Source of the DNA: the human T2T-CHM13v2.0 reference genome, Homo sapiens
NCBI RefSeq assembly: GCF_009914755.1
Contig: NC_060936.1
DNA: 64,000 bases
Strand: one strand, 5' to 3'
The notes under the pieces are model-generated. The model saw only the letters and a list, made by a program, of their open reading frames with translations. It did no database searches and had not been told where the DNA came from. How positions within the stretch are numbered: position 1 is the stretch's first letter; every line of letters starts with the position of its first letter. Of this stretch, positions 29,965 to 43,364 are shown in pieces. The translations under genes and the position numbers were made by a program.

Positions 29965-30325
29965 TCAACAGTAAGTATTTAATATCTCAGTTTCTGTGAG
30001 TCAGGAATTATGTAAGTGACTTAGCTGGGTGGTTCTGGCTCAGGTTCTCTTAGGAGATTATAGTTAAGATGTTAGTCTTAATTACAGTTAAGATGCAGGC
30101 TTGTCTGGGGCTAGAGGAACTGTTTCCAGGTTGATCCAGGTTGTTAGCAGGTGGCTTCAGTTCGTCAGTCATGGTGCTTGGCTTTACCCCTAGTGAGTGA
30201 TGCAAGAGAAAGCAAAGAGAAGCCACAAGGGCTTCAGTGACCTAGCTCAGAGGTCAAGTTTTGCCATTTCTGCAATATCCTACTGGATATAAAAGTCAGA
30301 TCTTTTTAGTGTGGAAGGGGACCAG
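29965..30325 (-). mobile_element. MLT1 (G/H-like) MaLR LTR, partial
   Basis: cagtttctgtgagtcaggaatt...cttagctgggtggttctggctcagg. Confidence 0.75.
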
Positions 30326-31534
30326 AATATAGATAAGTTCTGTATTCCTATCTGATGATTTTAAATGGAACACTTAGAGAAGTAGGAAAAGAATGGTAAT
30401 TGAGATGAATGAGTGTCTCTACCTTACTGAGGTGTAGAACCCATAAAGGTAACATACAAGAACATATTTTTATGAAAATGAAACTAGACCATTTTAATAT
30501 TTTTTAAATGTGATCTGTTTCAATTTATGTTTCTTTCCCAGTTGGGTGAGAAACATTTCTTCTGATAGAGTGCCTAGTAAGTGGTGGCTGACCAAGCTTC
30601 ACAGAAACGACTACTTGTTTGCTAAGATTCTTTGACAAATTACTTACATATTTGTGTTTTTTTCTTCAAGCAATGAAAACCATTTTTGGTCTGCCACCTG
30701 TCAGAACATTGCCATTCTCATCAAGGTCATTATGAAAAATAGAAAAAAATGAAGTCAATTGGGTGGTAAGGAAAGTGTGGCCACTTCACACATATGCAGG
30801 TTTGAACATTACTAGGTTGTCAAGAGCAGGTACAAATAGAGTTGAGTGTAAAGAAGTGTCCAGACTAGAATTTTACTTTAACATTAAGGACATAAGGACT
30901 TTGAAGTAGAATTAGAGAGGCAATTTAAAGTTACCAATCCTCTCTGCTCCTACCTTCCCCCAAAATTGTTATTTCCCTCCTCTTTCTTTCATCCTACCTT
31001 AATACATTTTTTTCATAAATAAAATCTGTTTTCAGATCAGCATGTTATTTTCACTTTGAAAAGACAAAAATTATACTTCTAGTGTAATGAATGTATGAGA
31101 AAGAAAAATATAGGAAGATAAGAATTTAAAACATTAAAATTTCATTAATCTGTCTTTCATATAAAGATTTCAATCATATTAGATTAGAAATGATGTTCCT
31201 GGTTCTGAAATGTTATTGATGCTTCTGGCAATGGCCAACTTAGAGTAAATATTTCAACGGAATAACTGTATCAGACCATGATGCTTGTTTACCTTTAAGG
31301 TCTTATTTTGCAGATTCAATTTATGAAAGTACTGTATTAATAAACTTGTAATCCCTAAAGACAAAAGAACAGATTTATAATACATATTATGTTGATTTAG
31401 ATTCTATTCCTTTTTCAAATTAAATTCATTTTTTATTTTACCTTGTCATTGTCTGTTTGCATTTATAATTTATGTGTAAAGGCATTATATATACTTAATG
31501 GTAAATGGGATTCGATGTAAAAGAAAGCCTTTCA

Positions 31535-32390
31535 ATGACCAATGTTTACTGAGCTTTTATTATACACCAAGACCTCTGGTAACTTTTGGGGTTACAGTGA
31601 TGAATAAAACAGGCACTGTCCCTGAATTCTTGCAGCTGTCAACATAGAGCAAAGATAGACATTAGTCAAGTTTTTACACAGGTCAATAAAGTGTGTTTAA
31701 ATGGATTGAACCTGAGACTGGACATATATTTAGTTTACCAGAGAAGAATCTTCTAGGCTGAAGACACTCACAGGGTCTAAAAGAACCCAGTGTGCCTGGA
31801 ACTAGGCAAGCAAGATGGGGTCCCCTAGCCATGGCTGGTGAGGGGGACCGGGGCCACACTGTGCAGGGCCAAGTAGCTTCATTGAAGTCTTGGCAGTTTT
31901 TGGAGAATTAAATGATGTGAGAATTAGAGTAGAAACAAGGAGAATAGTTAAGAAGCTATTGCGTTTGTCTAAATGAAGAAAGATGGTAAATAGATGAAGA
32001 AAGTGTCAGCAGAGATGGAGGAAGGTAGACCATTTGAAGTGGAGATTTTGCAGATAGACTACATAGGATTTCTTGGGTTAGAAGAGAGGAATAAATTGCA
32101 GCCCTGTGATTCATGCAGCTGAGTGGAGAGTTCATGCTTAGAAATGGGAAAAAATATTTGTTCTTTTGGGGGAAAGGGCAGGGGGTCAGGGAGGAGTTGT
32201 GGATTGAAGGTGGGAGATCAACAAGAGATTCGTTTTTGGTAGGTTAAGTTTGAGATGGTTGTGGGAAAGCCAATGGAAATTTCAGGCAGGAAGTTTGGTA
32301 TACCAGTCTGCAACTCAGGAATGGGTTAGGAAAATAAATTTGACTCATATCAACATATTCATGCTATTCAGACCATTAAACAGACTGCTC
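31535..32390 (-). mobile_element. L2 LINE 3' portion
   Basis: aatgtttactgagc...cagtgatgaataaaacaggc; ggagaatagttaagaagctattgc; aggttaagtttgagatg. Confidence 0.8.
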
Positions 32391-34237
32391 TCAAGTCTTG
32401 TGTAGACCAATGATAAGGACTAGGGTGACATAACTGCTAAAATTTTATTGACATAAATAACTCCTTTCTGAAAAACTAATAAAAATGAGAATGTTGCTTA
32501 GAAAAGGGCTCTTTTGAGAACAGCCAGAATTTTCCTTTCATTAGAGCTTTTGTGATTTAATGCCCCCACTTTCTATTCTTGATCTCATTCTAGTGGAATT
32601 TGGTTACTTGCTTTTCTGTGCTTTTCCAAAGACATTAATTTGTTTCTTTATTAATTGTTAAAATCTGCTTACAACGTGCGCTTCTTCATTTCCTCCTTGT
32701 GTCGTATATTTTAAAAGTTATTATTCAGCTGAGTCTTACTCTTTGAACTCTTACTCTTAGTGTCAGCTTCACTTCACCTTTTGAAAGAAAAAACCCAATC
32801 TTGAAATCCTCCTTTATCTTGTTAAAAAGTTTTAGGAAATATTTTGTTATATTTACTGGTAATTATATTTTCAGGGATAGAAATACTGGTTTAAAGCTAG
32901 GAAAACTTCCTTATGGATAATAATGCCTTTCTCTTGAAGCATTGCAAACAAGTAAATGAATTATCAGTTGGATAAATATTTCCTTTTTTGGTCTTTCAAT
33001 TCCCCAAATAATTTCTTTTAAAAAATACTCATTTATTCAGGTTAATGCAAAGCACTGTGCCAGGTGCTGCAAGAGAGAAGGCTGAGAGATAACTGATTGC
33101 ATTCAAGATGTGTACTACATGTGTGGCCCTCATCATGAAATCAGAGAGCTTTACATGCTGCGCATGAGTGATAACAATCTAAAAGTCTTAGTAGGAAATA
33201 TAGTTATTGCTTGGACATTCTAGACTTAAAAATTAACCTTGAAAGCCCAGCATATCTAATCATTTCTAGCATGTTGGAGAACTGAAGATGATTCTTTTAG
33301 CCAGAAATTTCAGTTATCTCAGTGTTATTGCAAGTTCCCTATCTGATCTTCCTCTTTTTGCTTGCCTTACTCTTGTGAGACAACTATTAGGTGTGTTTTA
33401 AATGGGTTGTCCCAAAGGAGAAGAGACTTTCCTGTTCTCAGCCCTCTCAAGATAAGCAGAACTGAGATTAGGAAAAAAGCAACTGAGCCAGAGCCAATTT
33501 TCACAGGAATTTAAAAATATCAGTGTGAAAACAAAATGAGCAGTGAAGCCTAGCTATTTAAAGGGCATGCAAAAGAGAAGTTGGAAAAGGAACATGAGCT
33601 GGCAGCTAACTGGACGAGTGTGGTGACTAATTAGTTTCCTATGATGTAAACATATTTGGTATTTTATGTCATTTATTTTAATTTTTTTTGACCATGACTC
33701 GCAATAAGAAATAAATATTATTGGATGACCCACTGTCCACTTTATATAATACTAAAATGAAAATACTTTCTTCCCTTTACCACCTATACCTTCTCTTCTG
33801 TTTTGTTATTTTAAAGTACTGGTAGCAAACATCCTGTTAACTGCATTTCATTATCTACTAATGGGTCAGACCAAGATTTAAAAACACAGTGCCCTGTGAA
33901 ACAGTGAGATTTACATGGGCAAGAATGGGAGTAAAGTAGGGATTATTTCTTGCATGTAACTGTGGGTCATAGACCAGTATGTAGAAATCAAACTGTTAAT
34001 ACTTTAATACCCTGACACACAGCTTCCCACACTGAATGCTTTGAGTTAATGTTGAGTGTTGTTGAATGAACAGCCTAGCATCCATCACTACCATGCGGCC
34101 TAATTGGTTGTTGTTGTTGTCAGTCTTGTCCCCTAAACTCATCTTATTGCAGTACAGATGATTGTTTTTCAACTGCTGCTGCCAAGAACCAAAATATTCA
34201 GTTATACAAAATAAGATACGTTGTAACCTAATTAGAT

Positions 34238-34725
34238 ACAGGAATATCAGCTGTTTTCTCAAATCACCTCTAAACATAATGCAATAATCATTTATTAACA
34301 TTCCCTGTTCCTGTGAGTCAGGAATTCTCAAGCTGCTTGGTTGGGTAGTTCTGGCTCAGGTTCTCTTACGAGGTTGGATGAGCCTTATGAGCTTAAGGCT
34401 TTAGTCTCTGCAAGCTTGAAAGCTCATGCTGGAGGATCACGTGTCTGGCAAGTTGATGGTGGGTAGTTGGTTTCTCTGCATAAGGCTGCGTGACCCATGA
34501 CATGGTGGTTGGCTTTGTCCATAGTGACCAAGCCTAAGAGAGTAAGGTAGAAGCCGCACTGCCATTATGACTTAGCTTTGGGTGTCACTTTTGTCATATT
34601 TTATTGGTGAAAAAGGCCAGCCTTGATTCATTGCAGGAGGGGACTATACAAAGGTGTGTATACCCTTGTATAGTCCGTGTATAGGCTGGGGATCACTGAG
34701 GGTCATCTTAGAGGCTTGCTACCAT
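34238..34725 (-). mobile_element. MLT1 (G/H-like) MaLR LTR
   Basis: ctgtgagtcaggaattc...gttctggctcagg...ggatcactgagggtcatcttagaggcttgctaccata. Confidence 0.8.
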
Positions 34726-35039
34726 ACTTTAAAAGGATATCTTTATTAACAATTGACTTGAATTTAAAAAAAATTTTAGTATTTTTATTTTTAATTTTAA
34801 TGAAGGAAAAAGTAAACATGTAAATGCTTGCTTTATTTTTCAATTTTATAAAAGCAGTTAATTACAGAGAAGTGCTGACATTTCTACTTTTCATAGGAAA
34901 CTTGGAGAGAAGTCAAAGGTGTAAAAAGGACAAATTTTAGAAAATGAGATTCATGAGGAAAGACTGATTAAGTTCACTTTAGTTAATGAAATGTGGAATT
35001 ATGAAAAATTAAATATTAAGGAGAACCCTAATGAAATTA

Positions 35040-35370
<331 letters not shown>

Positions 35371-35518
35371 AAAAGAATTTATTCTTACTAAAATTAGTAA
35401 ACCTAATCATTAATAAGTGAAATTGATCTAGTAAATAATTGATCAGAGGCATGTGGTACTAAGCTTTTAAGGAGTGATGAGACTATCATAGACATTCTAC
35501 TTAACTAATACTTTCGAT

Positions 35519-35730
35519 TAGGGGTTAGTAACTGTGGCTGTGGACCAAATCCAGCCTGCTGCCTGTTTTTGTAAATAAAGCTTTGTTGGAATGCAGCCAT
35601 ACTCATTTATGTAATGTCTATGGCTACTTTCTCACTATAGCAAAGTTGATAGTTTTGACAGACTGTTGGGTCCACAAGGCCTGAAATATTTACTATCTGG
35701 TCCTGTACAGAATAAATTTGTTGACCCCTG
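35519..35730 (+). mobile_element. MER58A hAT-Charlie MITE
   Basis: taggggttagtaact...gcctgtttttgtaaataaag...tatttactatctggtcc...tttgttgacccctg with terminal inverted repeats. Confidence 0.88.
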
Positions 35731-36139
35731 TTTCAGATTTTAGACTTTTACATTGTAGATTAGGTTTTGGAGTGTTTATGAGGTGCATAAATCCAAGGAC
35801 AGTAGCATGTGAGTCAACTTTAAACATAAGAGGGTGCAATGTTAATGTGGTTTTGATTTTTTAAGAAGGAAAGTCTTAATACTTAGAAGAGGGGCAGAAT
35901 ATAGTAAGATTCACAAGAATGATGCTTCATTAGGTAAGACTTTGTTTATTAAGATAATTTATGAGCTTTCAGTAGACCCCATGTTGGGAACACATGAAGC
36001 CAATATTTTAAAAGCAAATAATGTTGGTTAAATTAGGTTCTTGTGAGAAGGCAGTTTAAATTTTTAATCAATTTCTTACTTCAAATGGAAAGTTAGATAT
36101 GAATTTTATACTTGGACGTTTATTCTGATTTAGAGTTTT

Positions 36140-37212
36140 GATTTTTTTAATTTGTATATAATCATAGGGTACAAGTGCAGTTTTACTACATTGATATATA
36201 TTGCATTGTGGTAAAATCAGGGCCTTCAGTGTGCATCTATCACTGGAGCAATGCACGTTGTACCTACCAGAGAGCCTCCCAGCACATCGTACCTACGAAG
36301 CAACCTCCTATCATCCACCCTTCTCCTACCCTCCCATCCCTCTGAGTCCCTGTATTAGGCCATTCTTGCATTGCTATAAAGAAATATCTGAGGCTGGATA
36401 ATTTATAAAGAAAAGAAATTTAATTGGCTCATGGTTCTGCAAGGCTGTGCAAGGATGGTGCTGGCATTTACTCTGCTTCTGGGGAGGCCTTGGGGAGCTT
36501 TTACTTATGGCAGAAGGGAAAGTGGGAGCAGGCATGTCACAGAGCCAGAGCAGGAGCTTTAAAAGAAAGAATGGTAGGGAGAGAGGTGCCTCACACTTTT
36601 AACAACCAGATCTCATGAGAACTCACTCAGTATTGCTACTACAGCACCAAGCCATGAGGGATCCACCGCCATGACCCAAACACCTCCCACCAGGCCTCAC
36701 CTCCAACATTGGGGATTGCATTTCAGCATGAGACTGGGGCAGAACAAATATCCAAATCATGTCAGTCGCCATTGTCCTTCATTCCATACTCTGCTTCCAT
36801 GTGTACACGTTATTTAGTTCCCACTTATAAGTGAGAGCTGCAGTATTTATCTTTCCTGTGTCTGAGTTGTTTCACTTAAGATAATGACCTTCAGTTCCAT
36901 CCATGTTGCTGCGAAAGAAATGATTTTATTATTTTTTCATGGCCGAATAGTATTCCACTGTGTATATGCACATTTACTTTATCCAGTCCTCCACTGATGG
37001 ACAGTTAGATTGATTCCGTATCTTTGCTATTGTGAATGGTGCTACAATAAACATACAAGTGCATGTATCTTTATGATATAATGAATTCTTTTCCTTTGGG
37101 TAGATATCCAGTAGTGGGATTGCTAGATCACCTGGTAGTTCTATTTCTGGTTTATTGAGAAATCTTCATACTGATTTCCATAGAGGTTGTACAAATTTAC
37201 ATCCCTACCAAG
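36140..37212 (-). mobile_element. L1MA (MA1-3-like) 3' end, split by an MSTA LTR
   Basis: gggtacaagtgcagtttt...; cccacttataagtgaga...ccagtagtgggattgctagatc...ctgatttccatagaggttgtac. Confidence 0.88.
36351..36764 (-). mobile_element. MSTA-like MaLR solo LTR
   Basis: TG...CA termini (tgtattaggccattcttgcattgctataaag ... tatccaaatcatgtca) with 5-bp TSD gtccc/gtcgc. Confidence 0.92.
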
Positions 37213-37621
37213 TGATTTTTTTAAATATGAAAGAATGGTCTGGAGAAATGCCCCTCATTAGTATCCCCCTTTTACCTCTCTACTGCAGAATGACTTCAAG
37301 GGGTACAGGTATTTACAAGTTTCATTATACAGACAAATTGAATATTGAAATTTCTGCATAAGAGGCACAGATTTTAGGATTCAAAGTTGTATGAACAAGG
37401 ACAAGTGCTCTAGGGACTTGCAAAGCTGGAATTGGAAATCTCAGATGAAATACATTTCTAGTAGTACCACCAGCATATATTCTACTGAATTGGCTTTGTG
37501 ATCATCATTAATACCTACTTATTAAAACTAATGAAAAGGGTTTATATCAAATATACTTTAAGGTATAAAAATCAAATTATAGGTAAAGCTGTTTTCTTTA
37601 GCATTTTAATTTCAAAACATA

Positions 37622-37860
37622 AAATAGCTACCGTCTATTGGGCATTTATACTGTACCAGACACTGTGTTTGTCACATTTCAAAAATGTTCTCATGGTAAT
37701 GTTCACAATAATTCTGTAGGGTGAGAAATAGTCTTACCGTAGTAAGACTATTCAGTAAACGAAACCTCTGAACCTTGGAGTTCAACTTGCGCAAAGTTAG
37801 TAACAGGACTAGGACTTGAACCTGAACCATCACACTCCAGATCTCTCCATACCACACTGC
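37622..37860 (-). mobile_element. MIR SINE containing a perfect hairpin
   Basis: atagctaccgtctattgggcatttatactgtaccagacactgtg...ggacttgaacctg. Confidence 0.7.
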
Positions 37861-38040
37861 TAGCACATGTGCCTGTCATCTTATTCCTGGCTCCTGTTAT
37901 TTCCCTTTTTATTTCCTTTCCCTTCCTCCCACAACCCCTTTTTCCCCCCATTTCTTTTCTTTCTTTTTAATTGTTAATTACATAACTAATACATGCTTAT
38001 CAGAACAATTGATATAGCACAAAAGGATATAAAGTAAAGA

Positions 38041-38350
38041 GACCGGGTGAGTGATAGCTCATCCCTGTAATCCTAGCACTTTGGAAGGCCAAGGCAGGCA
38101 GATCACTTGAGTCCAGAGTTCGAGACCAGCCTGGGCAACATGGTGAAACCCTGTCTCTACAAAAAAATACAAAAATTTAGCCGGGCGTGCTGGCACACAC
38201 CTGTAGTCTCAGCTACTCTGAGGGCTGAGGTGGGAAGATTGATTGAGCCCAGGAGGTGGAAGCTGCAGCAGTGCGCTGAGATTGCGCCATTGCACTCCAG
38301 CCTGGGTGAGAGAGAGAGACCCTGTCTCAAAAAAAAAAAAAAAAAAAAAA
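38041..38350 (+). mobile_element. AluJ SINE
   Basis: J-type gatcacttgagtccag, cctgggcaacatgg and gaagattgattgagcccagg; long poly(A). Confidence 0.92.
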
Positions 38351-39759
38351 GTGAAAGTAGCCTGTATTTAGGCTATTAACATATACCATTCGGTTACCTG
38401 CCTTTTAGGTATATATCTATGAGATATATATATATACACATACATACAAAAATAATGTATGTATATCATAGATATCTTCCATGGCAGTGCACACACTTCT
38501 ACCTATTATTTTTGACAGCTGCATGATGTGTTCCATACTACAGATGAACTTCAATTTGTGAAGCCATTCTCTATTGACTATTCTGTTTACTTTGGCATCT
38601 TTCTCTTTGTTGCAATTAAATAACTTTGTTTAATGAGCATCTGGTGTTTGCCTTACCTACACTAATTGAGATGATTGAAGTGTATCTAGTTTCAATTTTC
38701 AAAAAGCAATAGTTATGTTTTTTTCCATGACATTGAACAGTATTTTATTGAGTCTGATTTCTTGAATAATATTTTATTTCTACAATGTGAGATCTCATGA
38801 GTCTTTTCTAAACTTTTTGAAAAATCTATCATCTTCCTTTCTCAGTTGTCAACAAAGATTATATTTTATATGTCAGTACTGATTAAGCATTTTTTAAGGA
38901 TTAACTATTTCAATCAAATGTTTTCAATTAACACATAAAGACAATTTAATAGTAGATTTTTCATAGGTCTTTAGACTGTAAAATCTTGTATATTGTTAAA
39001 TGCATATAGTGAAAAAATTTGAACCACAAACTGTCAACAAGTAATTTGTAATTTTTCCAATAGAGCATTAAGGTAACTAACATAATTCCTGGTGTTATAA
39101 AGAATAAAAAATATCATATCTAGCTAGCAAGAGTGTCTCTTACAAAGCAAGAAGAAAACCTACCCCTATGTGATCTCTTGTTCTGAGCAGGTGTGAATAA
39201 AAGAGGGACACTGGCAAAGTAGAAAAAGCATAAGCTCCTTCTAATCCCTTCCTGCCATTTCCTAGCAGAGAAACCCTGTTTTACCTTTCCTCATACACAG
39301 TATGAATAGTAAAACCTCTGTGACAATATTCCTGTACAAACAAAAGATTATTAATGTATCCACAACACCCAGAGTGGATCTCAATAAATGGTGGCTGCTA
39401 TCGTGTTGCTGCCAAAGCTGCTACTCTGGCTTATGAGTTTTTAACTTGTTTTTTCTTTTTTTTTTCTTTTTTTTTTTTTTAGAGAAATAGTGATTTTTCT
39501 TTTCATGGTTTATAATTGAATGAGAAAATAAAATGAGTTTTTTGGATTCCAGCACTGATTGACCATGTTGACATAATTAAAATTTTCAAATCCTGTTCAC
39601 TGGCTGTGATAGAGTAAGAATTTAGTTAAATCCCAAGAGCCAACCTGTCCTATTACCTTTAGAAGTGAATATACCTCCTGCCATCTGTACTTCCTCCCCT
39701 GCCCTTCTGTAGAGGTAGCTCTCTTCCCCACTGACTCCACACTGCACTTCCAACACTAG

Positions 39760-40305
39760 GGACCTCTCTGTTCAGATCTTACTTCACTTCCTGGCAGCAT
39801 TCAGCATCGTTGAGCCTTAACACCCTTTTCTCCTGACTTCTATGACATCATACCCTTCTGGGTTTCATGCTGCTTTCATGACCATTCCTTTTCTGGCCCT
39901 TTTCTCACTGTTGCAATCCTGCTGGTCTCCCATTCAGACCAGTCTCTCATACTGTTCTGGCTATTTTTCAAATATGTCACCAATACTTATTTTGGAAAAT
40001 GTTATGTATTCCTGCCTCAGGGTCTTAACACTGACCTTTTCCTCTGCCTGTCTTTTTGTTCCCTTTTTGCTCACGTCTCACCTTTTGAATGATGCTTATC
40101 CTGACTCCTCTTTAATTTCACTACGGTAACCACACTCCTGAGCCACACTCTGCTTTTTCTTTCATAGCACTTACCACTTTCTAATGTACTACATCGTTTA
40201 TTGTGTTTGCACTTGTCTTCTCTGATAGAAGCTCCCTGAAGACAAAGATCTGTTTTTCCCAAAGATACACCGAGCATAGGACTAGGCACACAGTTGGCAT
40301 TGTTG
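39760..40305 (+). mobile_element. L2 fragment with 3' end
   Basis: ttcatagcacttaccact...aagctccctgaagacaaaga...ggcacacagttggc. Confidence 0.65.
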
Positions 40306-40327
40306 AAGTCACAGAGTCTATCCGGTG

Positions 40328-40328
<1 letters not shown>

Positions 40329-40382
<54 letters not shown>
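40329..40382. repeat. (TG)27 microsatellite
   Basis: 27 uninterrupted TG units. Confidence 0.98.
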
Positions 40383-40385
<3 letters not shown>

Positions 40386-40559
40386 AAGTCGCCTCGTTCA
40401 CTTCCAAGGCTCTTTTTACACCGTATGCCAGTCAGCCATAAATCTTCATCTCCACCTCTTTCCTCATCTCCACATTCACTGACCTCTTCATATAGTGTCT
40501 AATATACAGTCAGAGAAAACAACTTTGCTGCCTTGCAGCCATTCTCAATTTTTCTCTTT

Positions 40560-41320
40560 CCTTCAGTTAACATCACCCCACCTCCCCTCCAGTCTGTCAT
40601 CAGTGAGCCCTGTTGACACTTCCTCCCCTCCAAAACGTATCCCAAATCTGCTCACTTCTCTCCATCTCTGCCACACCTCTCGTCTTTGCCACCATCATCT
40701 TTCACTCAGACAACTGTGGCAGCCTCTTTGCTTTTCCCCTGCTTCTCCGCTCTTGACCCTTTACAATCCATTCTCCACACTAGCTAGATTCATTTTCTTA
40801 AAATATAAAAATGTAATTCAGATCTTGTCAATGTCTTCCAGTGGCTTTCCATAGCACTTAGAATAAAATCCAAAGTTCATTATCTGACTTGTAAGTCTAA
40901 CCCTAGTTGACTTTTCTACTTCTACAGCTGTTTTCCTCTCACCCTACCATACTCTAGTCATAGAGGCCTTCTTTCATCTCAGATATGCCAGGCTTAGAGC
41001 CTTTAAACTAACTGTCCACTCTCTCTATCCGGATTTCTTTTCCCCTTTTTGTGACATTAAGTCAGTGCTTAACTGTTGGCCCTCGGGGCTTTTCCTGACA
41101 ATCCATTCTCTGAGTCACTGAACCTGTCTTAGTTCTTTGCATAACCCTTTTCCACTATCTCATGTAGTCTTTTGTTTATTGAGTTTCATCCCCCATGAGA
41201 ATATATGCTCCATGAGAGCATAGACCTTTTTACTGCTGTTATGTGTAATACATAGAACAGTGTCTGGTACATAGTTAATGCTTAGTAGATATTTGTGGAA
41301 TGAATGATTGTGTGAATGAA
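40560..41320 (+). mobile_element. L2 LINE 3' portion
   Basis: aatccattctccacac...ttccagtggctttccatagcacttagaataaaatccaaa...cagtgtctggtacatagt...atttgtggaatgaatg. Confidence 0.85.
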
Positions 41321-42467
41321 CAAAGGGAGCAGATTTTTTTAATTACAAATTTTTAATACTTAAGATATTAACTATCTGATTAACAATATCCTTAGGCAGA
41401 GTGGGAAAAAAAAGTGACTATTCTGATTTTGGGGAAAGGAGCGCTAAGAAATATTTATTTTTCTGTCTTTTAGCAGAATGCAGGAATAGTTATCCCCATT
41501 TTTTTATTTACATAGTGAAATATTTTTTAAAAATTTTTCTATAAGACCATTACTCAGCAGCAAAATTATTTCATGTATGGTTTTGTTTTTTTGTTTTTCT
41601 AGCAAAACATGACAGATTTTCTTATAGTCTAAACATTGTCTATAGCAAAAGACAGCTTGAATGCCAAAATAATGTATAATTAGGTCTATTCATTATCTTG
41701 CCATATGCTAAGTAGATGCTAAGGATTTATCACTGCAGTAAAAGTCACTGGATCATTACAGTTATTTTATGGAAATATGTTTTAAAATTTACAATTCTTT
41801 TTTGTAAGACAGTAACAAATTATTATGCAGAATTTATACCTCTGCCTAAGACTCTTGCAAATATAAGCTCCTGATTTGGTAGAGATCTTCCTAAAGATTG
41901 AATATTTAAAAATCAAAATACTTGTTTTCTTTTTTTGAAAAAATGCCTTCTGTAGATATATCTGGGTGAGAAAGCAATAAAATATAAATAAAAATCTTTT
42001 ATCAACAACATGTAGTGTCATTACTTCATGACTGATTGTCAGTGTGTTGTACTGAGGAGTGTCACTGGTTTGTCCCAAAGAATGAAGTGGTGGCAGTGAT
42101 GGCAGCATCTGTTTCTAACTTGTGGTTTATTTCTCATTTTCAAGATCCTGTTGCCACTGGTTTTTCTCCCCAGTGGTTGGTTAAAATTCAGACTTGTTTC
42201 ATGAATACATGGCAGTGTGATCTTAGGAGCTTGCAGTTGCTCAGTAGCCAACCACACTTAGAAAGTTTGATGTAAATATTTGTACTGCAAGATACTCTTT
42301 GTTGAGATACCAAGTCCCAGCAAAAAGTAGCATTAAACCTGAAGACCACAGAAGCCATGGAGGAAAAGCACATTCTACGACTTGAGCTTTTTTTCTGAAG
42401 CTGTGTGTAGCTGATTCTATATTTTATTCTCTAAGGTGAAATCTCAAACTTTTTGAAAAGGGTCACT

Positions 42468-42935
42468 AAAAGAGAATGAAATCATGTCTTTTGCAGCAAC
42501 ATGGATGGAACTGGAGGTCATTAAGTGAAATAAGCCAGGCACAGAAAGACAAACAGCACATGTTCACATTCTTAAGTGGAAGCTAAAAAAATGAATATCA
42601 TGGAGGTCGACAGTGGAATGATGACAGTATAGGGGGAAGGGGAGCTGGAGAAAGGTTGGTTAGTGGGTACAAACATACAGTTAGATGGAAGGAAGAAGCT
42701 CAAATGTTGGATAGCAGAGTAGGGTGACTATAGTTAACAGCAATGTATTAAATGCATTTCTGAATAAATAGCTAGAAGACCTAAAATGTTCCCAACACAG
42801 AAAAATGATTAGTACTTGAGGTGATGGATCCCCTCAAATAACCTAACTTGATCATTACACTTTCCATGCAGCAACAAAAGTATCACCCATCCCCCTTAAA
42901 TATGTATAGATATTATGTACCAATAAAAAAAAATT
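42468..42935 (+). mobile_element. L1MA (MA5/6-like) 3' end
   Basis: gaatgaaatcatgtcttttgcagcaacatggatggaactggagg...gggtacaaacatacagttagat...ccaataaaaaaaaa. Confidence 0.88.
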
Positions 42936-43364
42936 TAAACATTAAAACAATTTTTTTTATCCTTTATCCTTCCAGCTGAATAGATTTCCTTTTCATTCTT
43001 CCTGGGAATAGAAGATGTAATGGAAGTTCCAGTATCTGTATGCAGGCCTATGACTAGCTTCACTTCTTGGTGACTAATACTAGTTGACAAAACAGCATAT
43101 TCTAAACTGATTGTCTTCGTTATCCAGTAGCTTTCCTATTCTCCATAACAAATGTTCCAAATCTTTGATTACTCACCTCAGAATGCTTGTCTCACTCCTC
43201 TTTTCCTCATTCCTAGTAGATCATACCTTGGAGAAGAAAGTAGAAACTATCAGGCCTGAACTTCATTAGCTTTTTCTTCCTCTTCAATCCAAATCTGTCT
43301 GTATCTTCATTCATTTTTCTTAACCCTTTCCTTGCTTGCTATTTCTGCTTTCCAAAACCAAGGA

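Noticed and set aside
40203-40854. ORFs with a CVCVCV run and Ser/Leu/Pro-rich ORFs
   Set aside because: Products of the (TG)27 repeat and pyrimidine-rich L2 sequence.
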